Positions 24,387 through 34,560 of a stretch of 64,000 bases of DNA are shown here, in pieces. The position numbers and the translations under genes are program-made. The stretch is taken from NCBI RefSeq assembly GCF_038025025.1, contig NW_027117340.1:992001-1056000 (forward strand), read 5' to 3'. The notes under the pieces are model-generated. The model was not told the origin of the DNA, did not search any database, and saw only the letters and a program-made list of their open reading frames with translations. Positions within the stretch are counted from its first letter, which is position 1, and each line of letters begins with the position of its first letter. The DNA comes from Phyllosticta citribraziliensis. Lineage: Eukaryota.

Positions 24387-25721
24387 ATGGTGCAATTCAT
24401 TCCGCCGCCCGACCCCCACGCGTTGCTTCCTCCGCTGCTCGCTTGCTTGCCGCTCGCCTTTGCATCCCCGCGCCCACCTCCCGCTCTGCTGCCCCTACTC
24501 TCGCCCATCCTACGCCAACGAGTCCAACTTCTCTCGGGCTCCTCTCAAAACGAATCATGGCTCCCACTGCTGTGCTGGGACCGCGAAAAGGCCGGCAACC
24601 TTACCTCCATCATCGCCAACATCGAACTCGAGCCACACCCCGCCTCTGGCGAAATCGAGCTGGGACATGTGAACCAGATCCGGTACAGGAGGAGGGATGA
24701 GGAGACGCTGGAAGCCCGCATCGAGCTGCCGGACCTGCAACTGCTGCCCGTCTTCCTCTGGTGCGTGGCCGACGCCACTGGTGGTGGCCCAGGATGGCGC
24801 TTGACCGAGCTGCGCACAACTCAAGACCACGACCACAAGCCCGAAGAGTGGTTCCCCAGCATGGACGAGGCACGCGAAGCCTCCAAGGCAGCATACATTG
24901 CAGACGCCCTGCGCAGCGCAGACGTCCCAGCCGCACCTAGCAGCAGCATCAACCACCATGCACAAACCACAGCCCAAGACGAAGACGACGACGACGACGA
25001 CGACGACGACGACTACTGGAACATGTACGACCGCACGCCCAACCGCACGCCGGCCAAGGAGTCGCCGGCACCCCAAGTCCAGCGCCCTACGCACCTCCAA
25101 CAACAACAGACCTCACACTCCAACCTCGCCCCGTCGACCGAGGAGCTCGAGTACTTTGCGCGCTACGCCGCCGAAGTGCAGCCCGCCCTCGACGCGCACG
25201 ACCCAGAGGAAGAAACGCCCGCAGGCCACGGCTTCGAGTCGACGCTGCACGGCGACACATTCAGCGCCAGCGGTGCGGGCGTGCAGTTCGAGCCCGCGGC
25301 CGCCAACATCGGCCCGCGAGGCTACGACTCATCGCTGCCTCCGCACACGAACGGAGCGGGCGCGGAGGCGGAGGCGGCCACGCATGGATCGCAGCCGCAG
25401 GAGCCTCTCTCGCAGACATCGCCCTTCGAGACGCTGACGCACAGCGAGCTGAACCACCCGCAGCCCATCTCGTCGACGTCGCCCGGCGGCGGGTCGGGCT
25501 CGCCCGCGTCGGCCGCCAGCAGCAGCAGCGTGGCGCGCATGGAGGCGGCGGCGGCGGGCCAGGCGGCCGCCGAGGTCGCCATCAAGCAGCACATCAGCAC
25601 CGATCTGAAGAGCCTGTACCGGCTGGCGCGCAGCGCGGGCATTGCGCGCGACGAGTTCGAGCGCATTGTCCGGACGGAGCTGGAGGTGCTGGGAATGATG
25701 GGGTTAGACGATGACGAGTAG
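24387..25721 (+). CDS. Conserved-looking fungal protein of unknown function (444 aa)
   Basis: Long ORF with GC3 codon bias. N-terminal PPDPHALLPPLLACLP...LSPILRQRV...SWLPLLCW, an acidic tract followed by YWNMYD, and C-terminal IKQHISTDLKSLYRLARSAGI. Confidence 0.85.
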   Translation: MVQFIPPPDPHALLPPLLACLPLAFASPRPPPALLPLLSPILRQRVQLLSGSSQNESWLPLLCWDREKAGNLTSIIANIELEPHPASGEIELGHVNQIRYRRRDEETLEARIELPDLQLLPVFLWCVADATGGGPGWRLTELRTTQDHDHKPEEWFPSMDEAREASKAAYIADALRSADVPAAPSSSINHHAQTTAQDEDDDDDDDDDDYWNMYDRTPNRTPAKESPAPQVQRPTHLQQQQTSHSNLAPSTEELEYFARYAAEVQPALDAHDPEEETPAGHGFESTLHGDTFSASGAGVQFEPAAANIGPRGYDSSLPPHTNGAGAEAEAATHGSQPQEPLSQTSPFETLTHSELNHPQPISSTSPGGGSGSPASAASSSSVARMEAAAAGQAAAEVAIKQHISTDLKSLYRLARSAGIARDEFERIVRTELEVLGMMGLDDDE

Positions 25722-26266
25722 CCGGATGGTCGTGGTGGTGTTCAGTCGACGGCGGCGAGATCATTGGACTCTGTTGGAGTAAAATGTGAAAGGATTGGGA
25801 GGAGGTACGAGTAGGTGTGATGTTGGCCCATTTCCAGGTTTTGTAATGACCTTTGGTTTGGCACTTCTGGCAGCATGAACGGCATGCATGGCGTATGGAC
25901 GTTTGCAGGCGTATCGAATCGGCTACATTACATAGCTTGTCCATTGCATTCTCTAGCTACTTCTGTTTCTTCTCCGTCCCTCTCCTCTCCTGCTTCGGTC
26001 TGTTGAAAAAGAAGGACGAAATGACTCTACAGTAGCTTGATTGGTATTACTTGGACATGGGCATCACTTTGCATGGCATTGATAGCTCAGAGACATTTAT
26101 TCTTATTCTTTTATGTGTCTGCTGTGCAGATCTTGTTTTCTCGATACGACGCGGCGTTTTGGTTTCTTCGACCCAATGACTTTTCCGACACCACCAACCT
26201 ATTTCCCCATGCGTCCTCGGTCTCACAAGCCATTGAAAACCTCACTCATCCCATTAATCCCCCAAA

Positions 26267-27145
26267 TCAACCCCTCTTCCTCGCCTTCCCACCGGCCGCA
26301 CTCGCCCCCGACGAAGCAGCCTGCGCACGAATCTGGCCCAACACCTGGGCAACATTCGCCGGATTGGTCGTCTTGGTCTCAGCAGCACTGCCGCGGCCGA
26401 TCTCCTCGACGACGTTTGCCGGGTCGGCCTCGCCGACAATGGGTATCTCGGAGGCGAGGAACTGCTGGAACGGCTTGGTCACGAAGAAGCCGTCGGCCGT
26501 GAACCAGCGCGTGAAGGGGGCCGACAGCTCGATTTGCTGCCACAGCTCGGCGCGCGCCGCGGCGGGCTTGCGCGATGTCGTGTAGCGGATGGTGAGGTGG
26601 TAGATGGGGATGTGCTTTTCGACGCGGGTGGAGATGCGGATCTGTAGCAACAAGAAAGTCAGCACGCCATTGTCGACGTCCGGTTTGTGTGGGTGCTGAG
26701 AGAGGGGCGTCGCCGCACCTTCTGCCCGTCCCTCTCGCCCGCGTAGACCAGGCCCTTTTCGACCATGTACATCCAGTACATGAAGGCGCCATTGAGCACA
26801 AAGTAGGCGGCGACGGCGGGGCCCGTCCACGCTTTCGTCGCGTCCCAGCCAAACTTCCAGTCAAAGTAGAACAGCAGCCCGGCTACCGTCACGGCCGTGT
26901 AGCCCAGCGCCAGCCGCACGTCGAGGTACTTGTTGTCCGGCGTAAACTTGAGCGAGTTGAGGTAGTTGGGCAACGCATCGTCCGACGTGTTTCTCAAGTC
27001 TGTTTGGGCCCGCCGCAAAGCCTCTCGTTAGCTGGGTTTGTTGCAGTTGCTTTGCGGATAGCTGAGCTGGCTATGTACGTAGCTAGCTGGCGAGGCACGC
27101 ACCAGGAACTGAATGCACCTGGATTTTCTGCTCGGCGGTCGACAT
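26267..27145 (-). CDS. SPC2: Signal peptidase complex subunit 2 (SPC25 family)
   Basis: MSTAEQKIQVHSVP|DLRNTSDDALPNYL...DVRLALGY, two TM segments, then |IRISTRVEKHIPIY...FTRWFTADG. Two introns. Confidence 0.9.
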
Positions 27146-27448
27146 TGTAGCGGTCGGTGGAGCTGCGCGCGGAGCTCCTAGATTGGTCCAATAGTGCGCG
27201 CCGGGTTGAGGGGAAGAGATTGGGGTCGACGCGTGCGACGTGGTGAGGTTGTCGTGAATAATGGACGGGGATCAACAGGTGTTCTTTGGGGGACCGGGAA
27301 GCTCCAGCGCTCGAGCTTCACGGAACCTGGTCGCGCGGCGAACGAAACTCTTGGCCGCGCCAGCTGCTACCTACCGTACGTCGTCGGTCCGCACCACTTA
27401 CCACCTCAACACCCACTTCACGGCATCTACGGTCGACAGATTAACATC

Positions 27449-28512
27449 ATGGCTCAACCCGTGGTCCAGACGATCCACAGGGACCCGGCCTTGTTGTAGG
27501 TTTTGCTTTGCCCAACGCGCAGCTCCCCCCCAGGACCGACCGAGAACTGACGGCAATGCAGCTGGTGGATCTTGCTGCCAATTACGGTGGTCATGGTACG
27601 GACAACGACAGCATCGAACGGTCTCGACTGAATATGCGCCTCTGACCTGATCAGATTTTGACGGGCGTCCTCCGCCACTACGCCATGGTGCTGCTCCAGA
27701 GCACGCCCAAGAAGCAGGCCCTGCCCAAGCTCCGCGAGCACCGCTCCCTCATGCGCGGCGTCAACCTGCGCGGCAACGCCAACGTCGTCTCGCCGTCGTC
27801 GTTCCAGAACCGCAAGTCGTACCTCGTCTCCGCCTTCAAGGACGGCTCCTTCTTGGCCGACCCCGAGTCCCGCGGCAAGCCAAGACCGAACCCAATGACG
27901 GACCCCGCTGCCATGGAGGGCATGATGGGCATGATGAAGGGCAACGTCGCCATGATGGTCCCGCAGACTCTGATTATGAGCTGGATCAACGCCTTCTTTT
28001 CGGGCTTCGTGATACGTGAGCTGACCCTCCCCCTCCCCCCATCATGCGGGTGTGGGTGTCGACGGAGGTTGCCGATTTGCTTGCTAACATGGACCGCGCA
28101 GTCAAGCTTCCGTTCCCGCTGACACCGCAGTTCAAATCCATGTTGCAATCTGGCGTAGGCACCCGCGACCTTGACGTGCAGTGGGTGTCAAGCCTGTCGT
28201 GGTACTTTTTGACGCTGTTCGGGCTGCAGCCCGTCTACAATTTCATCCTGGGGAGCAACAATGGTAAGTCACGGCTGTGCTGTGCTGTGCTGGCGGGGCG
28301 AATGCTTGCTGACCGGGGCCCCGGTGGCTGTTCGTTTAGCGGCGAATCAAGTTACGCAGCAGATGGCCGGTATGAACCCGACGGGCTTGATGGGGCCAGA
28401 CCAGGACCCAGACAAGCTGTTTCAGAGCGAGGCGGAAAACCTCGAGGTGGTGGATCACTACTGGATCCTCGAGGGTGTCGAGGAGCGCCTGCTGGCCCAG
28501 CTGCGGGGATGA
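27449..28512 (+). CDS. EMC3: ER membrane protein complex subunit 3
   Basis: RDPALL|WILLPITVVM|ILTGVLRHY, MMKGNVAMMVPQTLIMSWINAFFSGFV, KLPFPLTPQFKSMLQSG and WVSSLSWYFL. Four introns. Confidence 0.95.
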
Positions 28513-28665
28513 CGATGGGCTATTGAAGAAGAGAGCGGCGGGGCGCAGTAGCTCCCGCGGCAGGCGAGGGCGTCCGAGTCCCGGGAAGAGATGGAGGAGG
28601 AGGACGACGACGAGAGGGGTGGGCGGAGGGTTCATGCACGCGCGGGGGCAGAACAGAACCGAGGG

Positions 28666-28700
28666 GAGCAGAGCAGAGCAGAGCAGAGCAGAGCAGAGCA
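28666..28700 (+). repeat. (GAGCA)7 pentanucleotide microsatellite
   Basis: Seven perfect GAGCA units just 3' of EMC3. Confidence 0.95.
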
Positions 28701-29820
28701 GGGCGAGGCGGAATCTGCATCTGCGCTGCACCTGCACGCTTGATCAGCACAGCCGAGCCAGCAGAGCCTCCCGGGGTCGCCCGTGGTATCTGGATAAAAT
28801 AGAGGAGCCAATGGGCGTTGGGCGAGAGGGCGCAGCTGAGGGATGCCAAGCGGCTGCTTGTGGAGGAGGGTGCATGCGAAGCTGGTGCCTCCGGGCAGAC
28901 GGCGAGTGTTTGCTGCCTCGCTCAACGCCCTCGTCCTGTCTCTGCTGCCACTTGCCGCAACCATGGGCCGATGGATGCCAACAGAACCAAGTTGCTTGAT
29001 TGTTTTTCTCTGCCCTCAGGTTGTCGTCCTGCGATCCATGGGTGCGTGCAGCAGCTCCGTTCCCGTCCGTTTCCTTGCGTCTGAGGGGGTCGAAAGAGCC
29101 CTCTCGGCCCCCAACACCGACCTCACACCTCTTTGGACCATTTGCCCTCCCAGACGTAGCGCCCGTCATCCGTCCCCCGTCCACCCACCTCGGCAATAAT
29201 CATCACTCCACCCACTGCACTGCACCACGACCCGGCCCCTTCTTCCCTCTTTGTCCGCTCTCTCGAGGCGTCGACGCCCCATATCATGATCGGCGCTCTC
29301 CAGGCGCTGCCCGTGGGACAGACGGTCGAATGCCACCATGGCTGACCCTCCCCAAACCCGGCGTGTACACACCGACCGGTCAGCATGCAGGGGTCTGGCT
29401 GGTCCTGGGTGCCACCCATGCCAGCGCTCGTGCAATTGCGCAGCGGCGCATAGGTAGAAGAATGCGGCTCTGAGATGCTGCCCTCTGTACTGCCTCCATA
29501 AGACGCTCTACACGTCCCGCCTGCGCTTGATACACAACTTCCAAGGCGGAGCACCAATCCACTTTTAGCTGCGCTGCGCTCTTGTCACTGCCCTACAAGG
29601 TGCACCTGCTTAGCCTCCTTCGTCGACTCTTCTTTGTGCCTGCGACTTTGTATAAGTACTGCTATACGCTTTGCTGAGGCCCGCCCCCACTCCCAAGCGC
29701 CTACAGATACCCGTCCAGTCCTCCTCCTTCCCGATCCTGCAGACCATTTCGACTTCACCTCCAGGCCATGTTCAACAGCCTTTGAATCATCCTCTACCGT
29801 TTTTTGCCTCTCCGACTGAC

Positions 29821-31404
29821 ATGGCTTTCCACTATTTCGACGACTTCTCGGCCATGGGCCTGCGCCCAGACGGCCATCTTGCCGAGTCTTACCCATGGCC
29901 CGGTCACGATACTCAGTGGAACGGCGTGCGCCTCAGCTCCAAGACAATCACTCTTCTCGCTCCCGATTTGGCACTAGACAGCGCATCAAGTCAGAGCTTG
30001 TCCAACATGCAACGTTACCTCAGCGGACCTGAGCGGCCACTGTTTAGCGCGGATGTCTTCCCGCTCGATGGAAGCCGAAGAGAGCACGGAACGCGGAGCT
30101 ACCATTTGGATTCGCAGTACGACGCTGTTGGTCCATGGCACTATCATCAAGCCGTTGGCAAGAAATCACCCGACTACCACCGCTCGAGCTGGTCGGCGTC
30201 CAGCTCGACCAGCTACAACCACTCTCTTCCGGACGAACCCAGCGTTGCGACCTTTAGTTCTTCTGATCCTTCCAGTCCCCTCGGCATGGCATCGCAAGAC
30301 TATGTCGAGTGCAGACCCTTTTCCACGTACCAACCAGAGGACTCGGTCAGTGGCTCTTGCGCGCTCCGCGAGATCCAACAGTACCCTTCGCCCTCGGAGG
30401 ACGCCGAGCAACAAATGGACTACGATGACAGCTCCGACATCAAGTACGAATTTACCTACGAACAGGAGGCACCCTACTACCCCAGCAGAGTGGAAAATGG
30501 CGACCACCACTACTCCCAGGTACCAGAGCATGACGAAGACTTGCAAGTGCGCATGAGAGAGGCCGAGTCCGTACAGCCGGTGTCGAAGTCCGAGGGAGAT
30601 CCCGATTCCGACTACACACCCAGTGCTTCTGGACCCAAGCGCCGTCCCAGTCGTGCTTCTCAATCGAGCAAGTTCCCCAGGCGGCTCAGTAGCGCTCGCA
30701 AGTCCATGGACATGGGCAATCGAGTGTCGAAGAGGCCCAAGGGCAGCAGATTCAACAAAGACAGCTCCGCCGCAAGACCATTCCCGTGTCCTCTGGCTGG
30801 CTATTCCTGCCAAGCAACCTTTGCGTCCAAGAACGAGTGGAAGCGGCACGTTTCCACCCAGCACATTCGACTCGGCTTCTGGCGGTGCGAGCTCTGTCCC
30901 AACACGGTCGATGGCATCACCACGTCCTACAACGACTTCAACCGCAAAGATCTCTTCGCGCAACACCTGCGCCGGATGCACTTTGCCAGCTCATCCGCTG
31001 GCCACACCGTCCCGCGCGGACCCTCTCGTGACCATCCCGTCACTGATGAAAACATGGCCGAGTATCTGCGCCGGTGCTACATCAAGCTGAGAGATCCTCC
31101 TCCCAAGAGCTCCTGCCTCTTTTGCAGCCAGATCTTTGAGGGGACGGGCAGTTGGGACGAGCGGATGGAGCACGTCGGGCGCCACTTTGAAAAGGACAAG
31201 AAGCCCGAGTGCTCGGTATATGGCGTCGGCGCCTGGAGAGAGGATGACGAGTTGAGAGACTGGCTCTGCAGCGAAGGGCTTGTCGAGTGCGATCATAGAG
31301 GCGTGTGGCAGTTGGGAGATGGGACACCTCGGAGACGAGATGGACGGGCTGCTGCTGATTGTGATGACTCTGATGATGACGACGATAACGATGGAGAGGA
31401 CTAA
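29821..31404 (+). CDS. C2H2 zinc-finger transcription factor
   Basis: ATG 29821 (MAFHYFDDF). Fingers FPCPLAGYSCQATFASKNEWKRHVSTQH, WRCELC...FNRKDLFAQHLRRMH and CLFC...WDERMEHVGRHFE. Confidence 0.9.
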   Translation: MAFHYFDDFSAMGLRPDGHLAESYPWPGHDTQWNGVRLSSKTITLLAPDLALDSASSQSLSNMQRYLSGPERPLFSADVFPLDGSRREHGTRSYHLDSQYDAVGPWHYHQAVGKKSPDYHRSSWSASSSTSYNHSLPDEPSVATFSSSDPSSPLGMASQDYVECRPFSTYQPEDSVSGSCALREIQQYPSPSEDAEQQMDYDDSSDIKYEFTYEQEAPYYPSRVENGDHHYSQVPEHDEDLQVRMREAESVQPVSKSEGDPDSDYTPSASGPKRRPSRASQSSKFPRRLSSARKSMDMGNRVSKRPKGSRFNKDSSAARPFPCPLAGYSCQATFASKNEWKRHVSTQHIRLGFWRCELCPNTVDGITTSYNDFNRKDLFAQHLRRMHFASSSAGHTVPRGPSRDHPVTDENMAEYLRRCYIKLRDPPPKSSCLFCSQIFEGTGSWDERMEHVGRHFEKDKKPECSVYGVGAWREDDELRDWLCSEGLVECDHRGVWQLGDGTPRRRDGRAAADCDDSDDDDDNDGED

Positions 31405-31836
31405 GCTTTTGGGTTCTTTTGCTGTCTTTTCACTGTGCTGGACAATGGGTGGTGTGGTTTGGGCGCTTGGACGAACTGAATGATGATTTGATACCCCCTC
31501 GTTAACTAACAATTTTCCCTGAGGAAATTCAGGAAAGATTGAGATTAATGACTAGATATTTGATTCTGGTCCTCGCCATGATCTGATCTTGAACTTGAGA
31601 TATCGAAGCCGTGTAAATTTACATGTAGTGCTTGTCCAAATGACGTAGACCAGCGGCCGGGACGTGCGCGTAGATGGGTTCATTGGTTGCTATCGATAGG
31701 TGCACCCCACGGAGCATCCCTGTCAGAGCTAGGTCGCTTCAACCCCAGTTATCACCACTCGACCTCCTCTGGACACAAGCAACCTGGAAACCAGCAATCC
31801 GATGCCCATTTGGAAGACAAAAAAGACACGGCCATC

Positions 31837-33045
31837 ATGAGTGACCTGGCGCGAACCATTGGCAAATCCAAACTGGCCAAAGTGCCCGCGAGCGCCGAGT
31901 CCAAGGCAGAAGAAGAACAAGACGACTCGTCGTCAGCATCATCCGTCTCATCAACGGGCACTGTGGTACCAACAACAACGCAAAAGGCGGCGCCGCACAT
32001 CGAATGGACCAAGTACTTTGCCCAAGAACTCTGGCTGGAGCATGCGTTTGAAAACGGCGAGCACGCCAAATACCACGTGTACCTGACGCCGCCGGCGACG
32101 GCCAAGACGCCGCTGATGGTGCTGCACCACGGGGCAGGCTCGTCGGCCCTCAGCTTCGCGCTGTTCGCGCTCGAGGTGCGGCGCCTGATGCCCGAGGTGG
32201 GCATCCTAGCCGTCGAGGCACGCGAGCACGGGTCGGTCGTCTACGACGCGGCGAGCAACGTCGACAGCAGCATGGCGCTGGCGAGCCTGTCGCGCGACCT
32301 GACGACCATGATCGGGCTGGTACAGGCGCGCATGGGCTGGGACAAGAAGGACGCCCCGTCGCCAGAGTTGCTGCTCGTCGGCCACAGCCTGGGAGGCGCC
32401 GTCGTGACCGACGCGGCGAAGAGCGGCGCCCTCGACCCCAAGGTGCTGGGCTACGCCGTGCTCGACGTCGTCGAGGGCTCGGCCATGGAGGCCCTCAAAC
32501 ACATGCAGGCGTACCTGCGCTCGCGGCCGTCCGTCTTCTCCTCCATCGACGACGCCGTCGCCTGGCACATCCGCAGCCGCACCCTGCGCAATCCCGAGAG
32601 CGCCCGCGCCAGTGTCCCCAGCCTGCTGACCCAGGTCGACGCCGCCAAGTGGGTGTGGAAGACGGATCTGAGCCGCACCGAGGCCTACTGGAGCGACTGG
32701 TTTGGCGGCATGAGCGCAAAGTTTCTGTCGGCCAGGGGCGCCAAGCTGCTGTTGCTCGCCGGCACGGATCGCTTGGACAAGGAGTTGATGATTGGGCAGA
32801 TGCAAGGTGCGTTTGACTCATGGGCTCTTCATGCCCCCCTCGATCTGTATAGGGCTGACACTCTTATTTTCGCTACAGGCAAGTTTCAGCTGCAAGTCTT
32901 TCCCGCGGCAGGCCATTTTTTGCAAGAAGATCTCCCGGACCAAGTGGCCCATTCGGTCGTCGAGTTTTTGAAGCGCAACGACAGGAGCGCGTTGGTGCTG
33001 CCGCCCAAGGTCTCGGATCTCATTGCGCAGGGAAAGAAGGTGTAG
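31837..33045 (+). CDS. PPE1: Protein phosphatase methylesterase 1 (PME-1)
   Basis: HHGAGSSALSF, GHSLGG nucleophile elbow, LDVVEGSA and LLAGTDRLDKELMIGQMQG|KFQL. Intron 32807-32878. Confidence 0.95.
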   Translation: MSDLARTIGKSKLAKVPASAESKAEEEQDDSSSASSVSSTGTVVPTTTQKAAPHIEWTKYFAQELWLEHAFENGEHAKYHVYLTPPATAKTPLMVLHHGAGSSALSFALFALEVRRLMPEVGILAVEAREHGSVVYDAASNVDSSMALASLSRDLTTMIGLVQARMGWDKKDAPSPELLLVGHSLGGAVVTDAAKSGALDPKVLGYAVLDVVEGSAMEALKHMQAYLRSRPSVFSSIDDAVAWHIRSRTLRNPESARASVPSLLTQVDAAKWVWKTDLSRTEAYWSDWFGGMSAKFLSARGAKLLLLAGTDRLDKELMIGQMQGAFDSWALHAPLDLYRADTLIFATGKFQLQVFPAAGHFLQEDLPDQVAHSVVEFLKRNDRSALVLPPKVSDLIAQGKKV

Positions 33046-33278
33046 CGAAAATTCATCTTCAAGAGTGCCTGCACGGCAAACCACTCCATTTGTTAGATTA
33101 TGTAGCACTTTTCCCCATCCCTTTATACCCCTCACATTTTTTAGACCCAAACTGACTCTGATACCCTGCCGGAACGCCGTGCAATGCAAAGACTCTACGC
33201 TGAAAGGGAAAAATCGTGGTATAAGTCGGTGGCCCCAGGGGATGTGGAACAGATAGAAAGCCCTGATCAAGCGAAACC

Positions 33279-34197
33279 CTATTCTTCCTGTGGTGCTCCT
33301 TGTTCTCCAGACGTTCCATCCTCAGTCTTAGGCTTTCTTCTCCTCTTCCGCTTCGCTGGCTCCTCAGATGCGCCTTCTGCCTTTTGTTCGACGTCCTTTT
33401 TCGGTTTTGATGCGGCAGACTGTTGCGGCTTCTTGGCCTTCTTCACGCTCAGCGGATTGGGGCCCTTGGGACCCTTTTTCCTCTTCTTCTTTGGCTCAGG
33501 CTCCGTAGTTTTCGTGTCCTCGTCTGCGCTTCCATCGCTACCCTTTTCACCATCCTCTTCGCGCTTCCTCTTCGTTGTGGCGGTCATGTTTCCGGCTGGA
33601 CGCGTCTTGATGCCGGCCTTGAATTTGTCGTGCTCAGCCTTCTCCCGAACGCCCTCGGTCGCGTTGGCCATTGGTTCCATAATCATGACGCTGCGATTCA
33701 TGTAGACGAGGGGCACGCCGGGGATCTGGCGCATGTGCGAGCGCACCTTTTGTTCCTGGCTGGCGACGACGTAGCGGTGCTTGTTGGTCTTGTTGCCGCT
33801 GGGATCGACGACGGACGAGAGGCAATCGAGCGTGGAGAGCGGCTCCTCGAGGGTGTGGTGGTTGCAGCGGCGGCGCTCAAACTCTTGCGCCTTGGCAATA
33901 ACTTGCTGGTCCTTGTCGGCGTACAGGTGGCGCATCGAACACTGGGTGATCATGATTTTGGTCTTGCCCTGCAGGGTGCGCTCAATGTAGGCGGCGAGGT
34001 CCATCTTGCAGTGGTGCGTGTCCTTGACCATGTCGGCGTCGACTGTGGGAGGTGCGCGAGGAGTCAGCTTTTGTTTTTTTCTTTCGAGGAATGCATTGAT
34101 TCAACGAACCAAGGACTTGGTACGGCTCGCGGAAGCCGAACGTGAGGCCATACTGGTGCATCAGCTTGCGATACTGCTTCGCCCGTTTGCCGCGCAT
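33279..34197 (-). CDS. UTP23: rRNA-processing PIN-domain protein Utp23
   Basis: MRGKRAKQYRKLMHQYGLTFGFREPYQVL|VDAD, ITQCSMRHLY, FERRRCNH, IPGVPLVY and KGPNPLSVKK. Confidence 0.95.
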
Positions 34198-34560
34198 AGT
34201 GACGGTGTTGGCGCAGGGTGTAGGCGCGAGAGAGAGTGGAGTGGTGCTGGTGACGAGTTGGAGTCGTTGTCAAAAGTTAAGCTTTGCGGCGCACGGACGC
34301 GGGTGCTGCGGTGGTTGCGGTAGGATTATGGTGTACCGGTAGCGTCGCGCCCTACGCAATCCATGTCTCAATAACTGAGCGGCCGTCCTCTCGGCGTTGA
34401 GGCTGCGCTTTGCTCCACTTGCAACCATACCACTTATCCCATCGCCCATCGCCGGTCAATGCCGCTGCTCCCCGTACCGCTGCTGTCCGAGACGGCGTCG
34501 TCGACCAATTCTACCCTCTAGTACTCCGCCGCCGCTACTCTCTTTCCCCTCCACGTCACT

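Noticed and set aside
24984..25013. (GAC)n repeat
   Set aside because: It simply encodes the poly-Asp tract of the 444-aa protein.
30166..30981. Long antisense or alternative-frame ORFs here and over other genes (e.g. 1717-2400, 33423-34145, 55675-56289)
   Set aside because: Shadow ORFs caused by the high GC3 of the real genes.
32807..32878. Apparent 24-aa insertion in PPE1 in the ORF track
   Set aside because: It is a 72-nt stop-free intron (GTGCGT...GCTGAC...CAG) that interrupts the conserved QMQGKFQL.
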